64,000 nt of DNA from Calditrichota bacterium (GCA_013150955.1 JAADJD010000027.1:33522-97521), one strand, 5' to 3'; counted from the stretch's first letter, positions 9,914 through 20,300 are shown. Notes: a model not told the origin generated them from the sequence alone. Numbers and translations: made by a program.

Positions 9914-9946
9914 GAGATCCTCCTGATGGTCATTCTCTGCAATTTT

Positions 9947-10446
9947 TAACCCGGATTAGATATTCGTAACCGTTTCATTCGTATTAAACCCAGATTATGC
10001 ATTAGCCTACGAATTACACGAATTAACACAAATAAAACAAATAAAGTACATTGGATTGTATCTCGATAAAAATGTGTTCCACGGTTTATTCGCGATTTTG
10101 TAGATATTTTTTGGTTTCATTCGTGTGATTCGCGGTTTATTGCATAATTTGGGTTAAAATCGATCGTTTCAATTAAAATGATTTAAGCAAACACCGGATA
10201 CATTTTGCTTACGAAAATATCGTATTCCAAGAATTTATTTTTATCCCAATTCATGCGTCAAACCGCGAATCATGCGAATGAATTCGAATAATATCAACAA
10301 AATAGCGAATATATCAAGGAAAACATTTTTCGTCCAGATAGAATCCAGTGCATTTTATTTTATTTGTGTTCATTCGTGTCATTCGTGGTTCGAATGCATA
10401 ATCCGGTTCTATTTTTTGCATCATTCGTGGTTACGGCAATATCCGG
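9947..10446. repeat. two MITE-like copies in opposite orientation (forward about 9986-10157, reverse about 10240-10446) plus a partial arm
   Basis: Identity to family consensus. Confidence 0.85.
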
Positions 10447-10461
10447 GTTTGGTGAATTTAG

Positions 10462-10499
10462 AAAAAAATCGGGCGAGCATCCCGGAGGATACCCGCCCG
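10462..10499 (-). terminator. Rho-independent terminator downstream of aceA
   Basis: Minus-strand stem CGGGCG…CGCCCG (10470-10499) followed by a 7-T run (complement of the A-run 10462-10468). Confidence 0.55.
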
Positions 10500-10573
10500 A
10501 ATGGAGGAAAGGCGCCTCGGAATCCGCCCCCAAGCTCTATGGTCAATCAAAGGATCGTCTCCCATTCACGGCT

Positions 10574-11944
10574 TTATTTTTCCGGACTTTTCACCGAAGC
10601 CAATTTCTCTCGCGAGGGCACAAATTTGCCGTTTCCACCGTCATCCGCTTCTGGCGATTCCTGAAATTGTTCCGCTTCGGTGGATTCATCCAGTGCGGTC
10701 AGGGAGGTGTTCCCACGCGTAATGACCTGAGTGATGGCATCGAAATACCCGGCCCCAACAAAGCTCTGATGTTTGATGGCTCGATAGCCATGGGTGCGTT
10801 CCAGTTCAAATTCCTGTTCCTGCAGCCGGGCATAGGCGGCCATGCCTTCTTCGCGGTAACGCCGGGACAGGTCAAACATGATGTAATTGAGGGCATGAAA
10901 ACCTGCCAGCGTAATGAATTGAAACTTGTATCCCATGGCTCCCAGTTCTTCCTGAAAACGGGCGATGGTGGCATCGTCCAGGTGCAGCTTCCAGTTGAAT
11001 GACGGGGAGCAATTGTAGGCCAGGATCTTTCCGGGATATTTTTCGTGAATTGCCTGAGCAAACAGGCGCGCTTCTTCCAGATCGGGATGCGCCGTTTCGA
11101 ACCAGAGCACATCGGCATAGGGCGCGTAATGCAGGGAGCGTGCAATGGCGGCTTCCAGGCCATGGCGAACCCGGTAAAATCCTTCGGCGGTGCGTTCGCC
11201 GGTTAAAAATGGCTGATCCCGTTCGTCGATGTCGCTGGTTAGCAGTTTGGCGCTGTTTGCGTCGGTGCGGGCGATGATGATCGTGGGAACGTCCAGAATG
11301 TCGGCAGCCAGTCGGGCAGCGACCAGTTTCTGAATGGCTTCCTGGGTGGGAACCAGTACCTTACCGCCCATGTGCCCGCACTTTTTGGCGGAGGACAACT
11401 GATCTTCAAAATGGACGCCGGCAGCGCCGGCTTCAATCATGGCTTTCATCAGCTCAAAGGCATTGAGCACTCCACCGAATCCCGCTTCTGCATCGGCAAC
11501 GATGGGCGCCATCCAATAGGGCATATCCTGGGTGCGGCCTTCGGCACACATGATTTGGTCGGCCCGTAACAGGGCATTGTTGATGCGTCGTACCAGATTG
11601 GGCACGCTGTCTGCAGGATACAGGCTTTGATCGGGATAGGTGTGCAGGGCATCATTCATGTCTGCGGCCACCTGCCATCCGCTGACGTAAATGGCTTTCA
11701 GGCCTGCCTGTACCATCTGAACGGCCTGACTGCCTGTTTGAGCCCCCAGTGCCCGGATGAACGGTTCTGATTGGAATAATTGCCACAGCCGCTCGGCTCC
11801 CAGGCGCGCCAGTGTATATTCAATCTTTACAGTTCCACGCAATCGTAGCACATCCGCGGCGGAATAAGGGCGTTCAATTCCTGCCCAGCGCGGATGGGTT
11901 TTCCATTCCTGTTCCAGCTTCTGAATCTCGGCCTTTTGTTGCAT
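10574..11944 (-). CDS. aceA: isocitrate lyase
   Basis: 456 aa; ICL signature K-K-C-G-H (…[13 protein letters not shown]…) and full-length conservation. Confidence 0.92.
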   Translation of the reverse strand: MQQKAEIQKLEQEWKTHPRWAGIERPYSAADVLRLRGTVKIEYTLARLGAERLWQLFQSEPFIRALGAQTGSQAVQMVQAGLKAIYVSGWQVAADMNDALHTYPDQSLYPADSVPNLVRRINNALLRADQIMCAEGRTQDMPYWMAPIVADAEAGFGGVLNAFELMKAMIEAGAAGVHFEDQLSSAKKCGHMGGKVLVPTQEAIQKLVAARLAADILDVPTIIIARTDANSAKLLTSDIDERDQPFLTGERTAEGFYRVRHGLEAAIARSLHYAPYADVLWFETAHPDLEEARLFAQAIHEKYPGKILAYNCSPSFNWKLHLDDATIARFQEELGAMGYKFQFITLAGFHALNYIMFDLSRRYREEGMAAYARLQEQEFELERTHGYRAIKHQSFVGAGYFDAITQVITRGNTSLTALDESTEAEQFQESPEADDGGNGKFVPSREKLASVKSPEK

Positions 11945-11987
11945 GGTTGCTCCTTCCTGGTTTTCTAATGGATTGCTATACCTTATC

Positions 11988-13589
11988 TTACAGATATTTG
12001 TAAGCCACCAGCGTCAGAAAGTCTTCAAACGTCTCGGTGGTGGACAGGTAATTAAACAATTCGGTGGCCAGCTGGAATTTCCCTTTTTCAAACCGCTCAT
12101 CCCCAACCAGTTTCCGAATCTTGTCCAGTTCTTCGGGAACCAGGCGGTGGTACAGTTCGGTGGATACTTCCCGGCCATCCACCATGCGTGCCCGGTTCCG
12201 AATCCACTGCCATACCTGCGCCCGCGAAATTTCCGCCGTGGCGGCATCTTCCATGAGATTGTATATCGGAACGCAACCCACGCCGCGCAGCCAGGCTTCC
12301 AGGTACTGAATGGCCACGTTGATGTTGGTCCGCAGCCCTTCTTCGGTGATGGTGCCTTCGGGTACCCGGAGCAAATCTTCTTCGGTAATGGTCACGTCGT
12401 CCAGTTGCCGATGAATCTGATTGGGCGTGGGCATTTTTTCATCGAACACCGATTTGGCCACGTGGACCAATCCCGGATGCGCCACCCAGGTGCCGTCGTG
12501 TCCGTCACCGGCTTCTCGTTCCTTATCAGCACGGACCTTCTCCAGTGCCTGCTCGTTGGCCACCGGATCGTGTTTGATGGGAATCTGGGCGGCCATTCCG
12601 CCCATGGCATGGGCTCCCCGACGATGACAGGTCTGGATTAGCAGGCGAGAATACGAGCGCATGAAATGGGTGGTCATGGTGACCTGTGCCCGATCCGGTA
12701 GCACAAACTCCGGATAATTGCGGAATTTTTTAATGAAGCTGAAAATGTAATCCCAGCGACCACAATTGAGTCCGGCGGAGTGATCCTTTAACTCGTACAG
12801 GATTTCATCCATTTCAAACGCCGCCAGAATGTTTTCGATGAGCACGGTGGCCCGGATGGTGCCCCGCGGAATGCCCAGCGCATCCTGCGCGTAATTGAAG
12901 ACGTCGTTCCAGAGGCGGGCTTCCAGATAATTTTCCAGCTTGGGCAGGTAGAAGTAGGGACCGGTTCCTTTTTCCAGCAAGGTGGTGGCGTTGTGGAAGA
13001 AGAAAAGGCCAAAATCAAACAAAGCGGCCGAGACCGGCTTGCCATTCAAAAGCACGTGTTTTTCTTCCAGATGCCATCCCCGCGGACGTACCATCAGGGT
13101 AGCAATCTGCGGCTTGAGCTTGTAGTGTTTTCCTTCTGGGCTGGTGTATTCAATGGTTCCCCGAACCGCATCCCTTAAATTGACCTGTCCCTGCACCACG
13201 TTGAACCAGGTCGGGGAATTCGAGTCTTCAAAATCGGCCATGAACACATTGGCCCCGGAATTTAGCGCATTGATGATCATTTTCCGATCGACCGGACCGG
13301 TAATTTCCACTCGCCGATCTTCCAGGTCTGGTGGAATGGGGGCCACTTTCCATTCCTTTTCGCGAATCGCCCGCGTTTCCGGCCGAAAGGTAGGCCATTT
13401 GCCGGCATCGATTTCGGCCTGGCGTTCTTCCCGCAGTTGCAAAAGCTGCCGACGGCGTTCCCCAAATTCCTTTTCCAGTCCGGCAATGAACTGCAGGGCC
13501 TGGGGCGTTAGAATTTCCTGAAATGGGGCTCTCATCTCGCCCACAATTTCAATTTCCTGCGCAATCTGGATTAATTCCGGGTACGGCAT
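11988..13589 (-). CDS. aceB: malate synthase A
   Basis: about 533 aa, typical malate synthase A conservation (…[19 protein letters not shown]…). ATG at 13589 preceded by GAGGT RBS; the track ORF begins at GTG 13595. Confidence 0.92.
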   Translation of the reverse strand: MPYPELIQIAQEIEIVGEMRAPFQEILTPQALQFIAGLEKEFGERRRQLLQLREERQAEIDAGKWPTFRPETRAIREKEWKVAPIPPDLEDRRVEITGPVDRKMIINALNSGANVFMADFEDSNSPTWFNVVQGQVNLRDAVRGTIEYTSPEGKHYKLKPQIATLMVRPRGWHLEEKHVLLNGKPVSAALFDFGLFFFHNATTLLEKGTGPYFYLPKLENYLEARLWNDVFNYAQDALGIPRGTIRATVLIENILAAFEMDEILYELKDHSAGLNCGRWDYIFSFIKKFRNYPEFVLPDRAQVTMTTHFMRSYSRLLIQTCHRRGAHAMGGMAAQIPIKHDPVANEQALEKVRADKEREAGDGHDGTWVAHPGLVHVAKSVFDEKMPTPNQIHRQLDDVTITEEDLLRVPEGTITEEGLRTNINVAIQYLEAWLRGVGCVPIYNLMEDAATAEISRAQVWQWIRNRARMVDGREVSTELYHRLVPEELDKIRKLVGDERFEKGKFQLATELFNYLSTTETFEDFLTLVAYKYL

Positions 13590-13739
13590 AGACACCTCGT
13601 TATTTTTTGTCTGCTTGGTTAGATACCAAGATCATGCCAGTGTAATGACGGGATCCAGGATGGTGGTTGTAACATGTTGATAAATAAGGGGATATGGTTG
13701 ATTTGATTCCGATCCCTTTCGAAATGGGGATCGTGGCCG

Positions 13740-13757
13740 TGCGACATTTATGTCGCA
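13740..13757. promoter_or_regulatory. perfect palindrome TGCGACAT-TT-ATGTCGCA upstream of aceB (candidate operator)
   Basis: 8-bp arms, 2-bp spacer. Two further TGCGACA-containing inverted repeats lie at 13868-13893 and 13903-13914. Confidence 0.3.
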
Positions 13758-13867
13758 TCTTGTGCCATCGAATTACCCCGGCGGAATCGGGAATTGTTCC
13801 CGGATGCTCTTCAGAAATGCCCATTCGCTGATGGAATCGGTTAAAAATGGATCATTACCGTTTGCAT

Positions 13868-13893
13868 GGGGTGCGACATTTGAGTCACACCCG
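13868..13893. promoter_or_regulatory. inverted repeat GGGGTGCGAC-ATTTGA-GTCACACCCC sharing the TGCGACA core
   Basis: 10-bp arms with one mismatch; same core motif as the 13740-13757 palindrome. Confidence 0.25.
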
Positions 13894-14155
13894 GGGTGCG
13901 TTAGCATTGTCGCACTTTGGGTCAGGCCGGCGAAAAATTTTGTTTTTCTGCATCCCGGCCTTATATTATTCGCCAGCTTAAATGATTGTCGGATTGGACG
14001 GCGTTCGAGAGGTTCCGGTCGAACGGTTCGGAGGACGATTTCCCCCGCCCGCTGAACCCGATGGATAAGCGGGTCCCCTTTTCTGAACCCGCCGACACGT
14101 TCGCATTTCGCCACCCTTTCCGGGTATGCTTACCAAAAAATGGAGGAAAGCGGTC

Positions 14156-14821
14156 ATGTTTGTGGGACATTACGCAGCCAGCCTGATGTTAAAACAAGTG
14201 GATCGGCGCCTGTCGCTGGGATGGTTGTTTCTGGCAGTCCAGTTTGTGGATATTCTGTTTTTCCCGCTGGTTTTGCTGGGCATTGAACGGTTGAACATTG
14301 TGGAAAATTATACCGCTTCCACTCACTTTGAACTGGTGTACATGCCCTTTACCCATAGCCTGGTGGCCTCGTTTATCTGGGCGTTCATTGTTTATGGTGG
14401 GGTGCGTTTGCTTTCCCGAAAACAGCGCTGGTTTTATCCCGCGGCAGCCGGTGCGATGGCGCTGGCGGTATTGTCTCACTGGTTCCTGGATTTGCTGGTC
14501 CACACCCCGGACCTTCCCCTTCTGGGGGACAGTTCCCTGAAATTGGGATTGGGATTGTGGAATCATGCGCTGGCAACTTACCTGCTGGAAGCGGGCCTGC
14601 TGATGCTGGGACTGTTCCTGTATTTGAAGTCCACCCGCGGCAGTGGATTTCTTGGAAAGTATGGAATGATTATGTTCACGGTGTTTTTATTGCTGGCGAA
14701 TGGTCACAACATTTTCGGACCGCCCATGGGTGAAAGTGTGGCCGCACTGTCGGTTTCAGCCCTGATGTCTTATTTCGGCTTTGCAGGATTGGCTTTCTGG
14801 CTGGATCGGTACCGGCATTAA
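14156..14821 (+). CDS. integral membrane protein, YdjM-like (inner-membrane metal-dependent hydrolase family)
   Basis: Six predicted TM helices. MFVGHY…HSL…HWFLDLLVHTPDLPLL resembles PF04307-type proteins. GGAGGA RBS before ATG 14156; the track ORF starts 30 nt upstream. Confidence 0.5.
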   Translation: MFVGHYAASLMLKQVDRRLSLGWLFLAVQFVDILFFPLVLLGIERLNIVENYTASTHFELVYMPFTHSLVASFIWAFIVYGGVRLLSRKQRWFYPAAAGAMALAVLSHWFLDLLVHTPDLPLLGDSSLKLGLGLWNHALATYLLEAGLLMLGLFLYLKSTRGSGFLGKYGMIMFTVFLLLANGHNIFGPPMGESVAALSVSALMSYFGFAGLAFWLDRYRH

Positions 14822-14828
14822 CCTAAAA

Positions 14829-15010
14829 TAATCCCAGATTATGCATTAGCCTACGAATGACACGAATTCACACAAATAAAACCAATAAAATACATTGGAT
14901 TGTATCTGGATGAAAATGTGTTCTGGAGTTTATTCGCGATTTTGTAGATATTTTTGGGTTTCATTCGTATGATTCGCGGCCTAATGCATTATTTGGGATA
15001 ATGCATAACC
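14829..15010. repeat. MITE-like element, forward orientation
   Basis: Identity to family consensus; starts 8 bp after the stop of the upstream gene. Confidence 0.85.
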
Positions 15011-15054
15011 CGATATTCATAAACGATATTCATAAACGGGTTCCTCTCCATGGA

Positions 15055-16494
15055 TCAGGAATGGGAGTCGGTTTTAAGGGGGCCGTTTTTAAAGGTATCG
15101 GCTTTGATGCGGTGTTTGGCCATCAGTCGCTGGAAGGTTCGGCGGGGGACACCGGCAGCACGGGCGGCACGGGAGACATTCCCGTTGTTTTCGGCCAGGT
15201 AGCGACAGATGGCTTCATATTCGAACCGATCGACCACCGCCGCTTTCATGCGCATCAATCCCCCTTCCAGAGGTTCATCCGGCATCAGGGTTTTGAAATC
15301 ATCAGGCTGCAACATGAGCGGTAGGTGAGGCAGGTCGATCTCGTCGGTATTGGTTAACACCACGGCATGTTCAATCACGTTTTCCAGTTCACGCAGGTTT
15401 CCTGGCCAGTCGTATTGCACCAGGGCGGCCATGGCAGCTGGCGAGATTTTGTTCACATGCTTATTGACTTTCGCCTGGGCAATTTTCAGGAAATGATAGG
15501 CAAACAGCGGAATATCCTCCTTTCGTTCCCGCAGGGATGGCATGTAAATGGTAAAAGCGTTCAGCCGGTAGAACAGGTCCATGCGGAATTTTCCTTCCTT
15601 GATGGCATCTTCCAGCTGGCGATTGGTGGCGGCGATGACCCGCACTTTTACGCGCTTGGTCACCGTATCGCCAATGGCCCGAATTTCCCCGGATTGCAGA
15701 AAGCGCAGCACTTTGGCCTGCATTTCCAGGGGCATGTCTCCCACCTCGTCCAGAAAAATGGTGCTTTCGTGCGCCAGCTCCAGCAGCCCGATTTTATCCT
15801 GCGTGGCGCCCGTAAAAGCGCCCTTTTTGTACCCGAATAGCTCGCTTTCGATTAACGATGCGCTGAAGGCGGTGCAGTTAACGGTGATCATTGGCTTGTG
15901 TCGCCAGGGACTTTTCTGGTGGATGAGGCGGGCGACCAGTTCTTTGCCGGTGCCACTTTCCCCGCGGATGAGCACCGTGGTCGGCGTGGGAGCCACCCGC
16001 TCAATGAGACGCATGATTTCCTGCATCTTACGGGTTTTTCCGATGATGAATTCACCTTCGGATAGACGATCCAGTTCGCGGCGCATCAGGTGATAGGTGC
16101 CTTCCAGAATTTGCTTCTGGCGGTATTCGTCCAGCAACATCCAGATCAGGCGAGCGCTGAGTCCCCCCAGGATTTCCACCTCGGCCGGTTTTTCCCGCAG
16201 CAGGGATTCCTGTAAGGCGGCATCTCCGGTAACGTTGATGATGATGTCCATATTTCCCTGATCCAGGAAGTGCCGGTAGTCCCGGTGGACGGGAATCCGA
16301 TATTCCCTGGCGAGGGCCACGCCCGGTGCGTCGGGATTAATTTCTGCTACCCCCACGACTTCCACCGAGGGATCATTCTTTAACAGCCGCAGGAGCATGC
16401 TACCCGCGCGCCCTGCACCGATGATCAATACCCGAAGGGTTTTCTGCCATTCTTCAGCCATGGGTGCGTTTCCTGAGTTTCCATCATTCTCCAT
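15055..16494 (-). CDS. sigma-54-dependent transcriptional activator with an N-terminal Rossmann-type NAD(P)-binding-like domain and C-terminal HTH
   Basis: Central AAA+ sigma-54 interaction domain (GESGTGKE Walker A, GAFTGA, …DWPGNLREL…). N-terminal about 120 aa reads LRVLIIGAGRAGSMLLRLL…VEVVGVAE… (GxGxxG dinucleotide fold) instead of REC/GAF/PAS. Confidence 0.8.
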   Translation of the reverse strand: MENDGNSGNAPMAEEWQKTLRVLIIGAGRAGSMLLRLLKNDPSVEVVGVAEINPDAPGVALAREYRIPVHRDYRHFLDQGNMDIIINVTGDAALQESLLREKPAEVEILGGLSARLIWMLLDEYRQKQILEGTYHLMRRELDRLSEGEFIIGKTRKMQEIMRLIERVAPTPTTVLIRGESGTGKELVARLIHQKSPWRHKPMITVNCTAFSASLIESELFGYKKGAFTGATQDKIGLLELAHESTIFLDEVGDMPLEMQAKVLRFLQSGEIRAIGDTVTKRVKVRVIAATNRQLEDAIKEGKFRMDLFYRLNAFTIYMPSLRERKEDIPLFAYHFLKIAQAKVNKHVNKISPAAMAALVQYDWPGNLRELENVIEHAVVLTNTDEIDLPHLPLMLQPDDFKTLMPDEPLEGGLMRMKAAVVDRFEYEAICRYLAENNGNVSRAARAAGVPRRTFQRLMAKHRIKADTFKNGPLKTDSHS

Positions 16495-16888
16495 CTACCG
16501 GGGGTGTTCTCCAGCGGGATTTATATGTTGTACCCCGATTCGGTTCTCCTTCCGCTGATCAATGGTCGATACAGATGAGATCATCTTCGATAAATTCCCT
16601 GAAATTTTAATGCTTTTTTTAAATTTATTCAGAAAGCCGGGGGAATCAAAAGCCGAAATCGCAATCCTGTACGCCAACTGAGTGGACCCCACCGGATCAA
16701 AGTCCTGAAAACTCGTCTGGCACCGGAATATTAGCGGCATTCTATCTCGCCAGAAGATGGTCAAATGTTCGCGTTCCAGGATGAGCGTTATTAGCCCTTT
16801 TTGGGAATTTAGCGAACTTTTGCCCCCTTAAGATTTGTCTTTTCCCGAAAAAAGGGTTAAAATCGGTAATTAAAAAAAGGATATTTGC

Positions 16889-18007
16889 ATGAACAAAAAC
16901 ACCATTTCGCTGGGGCGTATCTTTGGAATCCCATTGAATGTGGATTCATCCTGGTTTTTAATTTTCGCGTTGTTGTCCTGGATGCTGGCCAGTAATTATT
17001 ATCCCCGCGAATTTCCCGGCTGGCCGCTGTGGCAGTACTGGTTCATGGGCATGTTTACTTCAATTTTTTTATTTGTGAGTGTGCTGTTGCATGAGCTGGG
17101 ACATTCCCTGGTGGCACGCCATTTTCATCTACCGGTTCAGCGGATCACCCTGTTTGTTTTTGGAGGCATTGCGCAGATTGCCGGCGAACCTCCCAGTGCA
17201 CGGGCGGAATTCTGGATAGCCCTGGCGGGTCCCATCGTCAGTTTTGCTTTAGCGGCCCTGTTTCATCTCATCACGCCGCTGGTGCAGGGCTGGGATGCGC
17301 TGTTTGCGTTCTTTAAATATCTGGCCTTCATCAATTTGATTCTGGCCGGTTTCAATCTGATTCCCGGTTTCCCGCTGGATGGGGGGCGGATATTCCGATC
17401 CATTTTGTGGGGAATCACGAAAAATTTGCGCAAGGCCACCTTCATTGCCGCGAATGTGGGCCGATTTTTTGCCTTTGCGTTTATTTTTCTGGGGGCCATG
17501 CAGATCATTGCCGGTCATATCATGGATGGTCTGTGGACCATTTTCATTGGATTGTTTCTGGAGAGTGCGGCGTCATCTCAGATTCAACAGCAGGAGATGC
17601 GTACCCTGCTGGTACGCCATAAGGTCAACGAGGCCATGAATCCCAACTTCGCCATTGTGCCGGCGGATAGTTCCTTACAGGAGATCGTGGATCATCACGT
17701 GCTGGGGATGGGCAGGCGCGCCGTGATTGTGGTGGACGATGGGGAGATTGCCGGAATGCTAACCCTGCATCACCTGAAGTCGGTCTCTCCAGACAAATGG
17801 CCTCAGGTTCGGGTGGCCGAGGTCATGTTGCCTGCAAGCCAGATGCGCTGGGTAACGCCCGATACCGATTTGTGGAGCGCCCTGCAGGCCATGGATCGCG
17901 ATGGGGTGAATCAACTGCCGGTGCTGCAGGACGGAAAATTGGTGGGCATCATCACCCGCGGCGACCTGATTTCGTTCCTGAACTATCTTCACAGCCTGTC
18001 CACCTGA
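16889..18007 (+). CDS. site-2 protease (M50 family zinc metalloprotease) with C-terminal CBS-domain pair
   Basis: HELGH zinc motif in a TM helix, second motif …FNLIPGFPLDGG…; tandem CBS domains at the C-terminus. Confidence 0.8.
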   Translation: MNKNTISLGRIFGIPLNVDSSWFLIFALLSWMLASNYYPREFPGWPLWQYWFMGMFTSIFLFVSVLLHELGHSLVARHFHLPVQRITLFVFGGIAQIAGEPPSARAEFWIALAGPIVSFALAALFHLITPLVQGWDALFAFFKYLAFINLILAGFNLIPGFPLDGGRIFRSILWGITKNLRKATFIAANVGRFFAFAFIFLGAMQIIAGHIMDGLWTIFIGLFLESAASSQIQQQEMRTLLVRHKVNEAMNPNFAIVPADSSLQEIVDHHVLGMGRRAVIVVDDGEIAGMLTLHHLKSVSPDKWPQVRVAEVMLPASQMRWVTPDTDLWSALQAMDRDGVNQLPVLQDGKLVGIITRGDLISFLNYLHSLST

Positions 18008-18174
18008 AAATGGCGGCTCCCAATTTTCTGATCAAAGACTTTTGCACCGGAAAAAATTTTCTTATAATTAGCGGCGCATTTTCGCACGGAATCGGATGTG
18101 GCCTTCGGCCAGAGTCGGGACGAATCCCCCGGCTGAAGGATCGGGCTGGCCGGATGGCATCGCGTTGGGTTATA

Positions 18175-18318
18175 CCCGGATTATGGATAAGACCACGAAT
18201 TAACACAAATAAAAGATTCTATCTGGATGAAAATTTGTTTCGGGGTTTATTCGCGATTTTGTGGATGTGTTTTGGTTTTATTGGTGTTATTCGCGGTTTA
18301 ATGCATTATTTTGGTTAA
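18175..18318. repeat. MITE-like element (slightly truncated copy) ending 4 bp before the speE RBS
   Basis: Identity to family consensus arms. Confidence 0.8.
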
Positions 18319-18336
18319 ATTGGAAGGAGAGGTTCC

Positions 18337-19182
18337 ATGGCCATTCGTTTTACCGAGGAATATCCAGAGATCAACGGCGCGTTCAGTTTTGAAGTGACCA
18401 AAATCCTTTTCTCCGATCGCAGTCCCTACCAGAAAATCGAAATAGTTGAAACCACTCATCTGGGGCGGGTATTGCTGATCGATAACCTGGTGATGTTCAC
18501 CGAACGGGATGAATACGTGTATCACGAAATGATTGCGCATGTGCCGTTGTACACCCATCCCCGCCCCGAGAAAGTGCTGATCATCGGCGGTGGCGATGGC
18601 GGCACCGTGCGGGAATGTGTCCGCCACCAGGTGGTGCAACAGGTGGATCTGGTGGAGATCGATGAGATGGTCAGTCAGGCCTGTTTGCAGTACGTACCTT
18701 CCCTGGCCAGCAAGTTGCTCTCGGAAAAGGTGAATTGTTATTTCCAGGATGGCGTGGAATACGTCCGCAACACCCGAGAGAAGTACGATGTGATCATTAT
18801 CGATTCTACCGACCCGGTGAGTGTGGGAGAGGGATTGTTCACCCGCGAGTTTTACCGCAATTGTTACCAGATTCTGAATGAAGACGGATTGCTGGTGGCG
18901 CAGAGTGAATTTCCCCCCTGGGCACCGGAGCTGGTTCGAGGCATTGCCAAAAAACTGAAAGCCATATTCCCCAGGGTATTTTTCTACCAGGCGCACATTC
19001 CCACTTACCCCTCGGGTCACTGGGCCTTTGGCATGGGAAGTAAAAAGTATCACCCGATAAACGATTTTCAGGCCAGGCGTTACGAGGCCAATCAGCTGAC
19101 CTATCGGTACTATAATCGGGATATTCACCAGGGAGCATTTGCGTTGCCCACGTTTTTCCGGGAGCTGGTCGATGCGGAGTGA
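18337..19182 (+). CDS. speE: spermidine synthase
   Basis: 281 aa; …VLIIGGGDGG…DLVEID… aminopropyltransferase signature. Confidence 0.9.
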   Translation: MAIRFTEEYPEINGAFSFEVTKILFSDRSPYQKIEIVETTHLGRVLLIDNLVMFTERDEYVYHEMIAHVPLYTHPRPEKVLIIGGGDGGTVRECVRHQVVQQVDLVEIDEMVSQACLQYVPSLASKLLSEKVNCYFQDGVEYVRNTREKYDVIIIDSTDPVSVGEGLFTREFYRNCYQILNEDGLLVAQSEFPPWAPELVRGIAKKLKAIFPRVFFYQAHIPTYPSGHWAFGMGSKKYHPINDFQARRYEANQLTYRYYNRDIHQGAFALPTFFRELVDAE

Positions 19183-20041
19183 TTATTTGTTACCCAGGAT
19201 TCCCTTTGAGGGCTGTCAGTCCAGTTATGCCGATGCCCGTCTGGTGATTGTGGGGGCGGGTTTTGATGGCACCTCCAGCTATCGGCCCGGCTCGCGATTT
19301 GCACCGCAATCGATTCGCGCGGAGACGCTGCTGTCTCAGGAAAATTACAGCCCCTATTTTCAGGTGGATCTGACCGAACTGGCCATTCACGACGCTGGCG
19401 ATCTGGATCTTCCGTTCGGGAATAAAGAGGAAGCGCTGCGCCGCATTAAAGAAACCGTTCAGCAGATTGTGAGCGATGGTAAAATTCCCTGCGTGATTGG
19501 CGGAGAGCACCTGGTATCCCTGCCGGTGGTTCAGGCCGTTCACCGGGCGTACCCGGATGTGCATCTGCTACAACTGGATGCCCATCTGGATTTAATGGAT
19601 GAGCTGTTTGGGGATCGACTCTCCCACGGCACCGTCATGCGGCGCATTCTGGAAACCATTGGCGATGGCAGGCGACTGTTTCAGGTGGGGGTTCGCAGCG
19701 GGAGCCGCGAAGAATTTCAGTTTGCCCGGCAGCACACCCAGCTGTATCTCTTTCACACGCGGGAATTTCAGAAACATGTGCACCTGCTGGAAGATCGACC
19801 GGTCTATCTATCGCTGGATGTGGATGTGTTCGATCCCGCATTGCTGCCGGGCACGGGAACGCCAGAGGCCGGCGGCATCTTCTTCGACGAATTCATCGAG
19901 TTCCTGAAAGCCATTAAGCACCTGAATATCGTGGGATGCGATCTGGTGGAGTTGTCCCCCAAACTGGATCCCACCGGTAATTCCACCATCACCACGGCGA
20001 AAATCCTGCGCGAGCTCCTGATTACGATCCTGATCGATTGA
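19172..20041 (+). CDS. speB: agmatinase / arginase-family ureohydrolase
   Basis: Arginase-fold metal-binding motifs (…GGEH…, DAHLD, SLDVDVFDPA). ATG 19172 overlaps the speE stop; context with speE. Confidence 0.8.
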   Translation: MRSDYLLPRIPFEGCQSSYADARLVIVGAGFDGTSSYRPGSRFAPQSIRAETLLSQENYSPYFQVDLTELAIHDAGDLDLPFGNKEEALRRIKETVQQIVSDGKIPCVIGGEHLVSLPVVQAVHRAYPDVHLLQLDAHLDLMDELFGDRLSHGTVMRRILETIGDGRRLFQVGVRSGSREEFQFARQHTQLYLFHTREFQKHVHLLEDRPVYLSLDVDVFDPALLPGTGTPEAGGIFFDEFIEFLKAIKHLNIVGCDLVELSPKLDPTGNSTITTAKILRELLITILID

Positions 20042-20300
20042 TCTGCGCCGCCAGCTGGAAGTCCCTGTCGGTAATTCCCCCTTCCGAATGGGTCATCAAC
20101 GAAAGGCGCACCCGGTTGTAAGAGATGTAAATATCCGGATGATGATCCATCGCTTCTGCCAGATCGGCTACCTGTTTTACAAAGTGCATCGCTTCCCGGA
20201 AGTTGCGAAACGTCCACTCCCGTACCAGCATCTGGCCATCAAATTCCCATCCGGTGAGGGTGGTTAATCTATCCTGAATTTCCTGGGGGAGCAACTTCAT
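20022..20300 (-). CDS. 4a-hydroxytetrahydrobiopterin dehydratase (pterin-4-alpha-carbinolamine dehydratase)
   Basis: 92 aa; …EAMDHHPDIYISYNRVRLSLMTH… matches PCD/DCoH. 3' end overlaps speB convergently by 20 bp. Confidence 0.85.
   Translation of the reverse strand: MKLLPQEIQDRLTTLTGWEFDGQMLVREWTFRNFREAMHFVKQVADLAEAMDHHPDIYISYNRVRLSLMTHSEGGITDRDFQLAAQINRSGS

Noticed and set aside
10364-11002. 212-aa plus-strand ORF
   Set aside because: Overlaps and is antisense to isocitrate lyase.
11943-12641. 232-aa plus-strand ORF
   Set aside because: Antisense to malate synthase.
13750-14055. 101-aa ORF in the aceB upstream region
   Set aside because: No RBS and odd composition; overlaps the palindromic operator-like sites. 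More likely non-coding regulatory DNA.
18298-19128. 276-aa minus-strand ORF
   Set aside because: Antisense to speE; speE is unambiguous.
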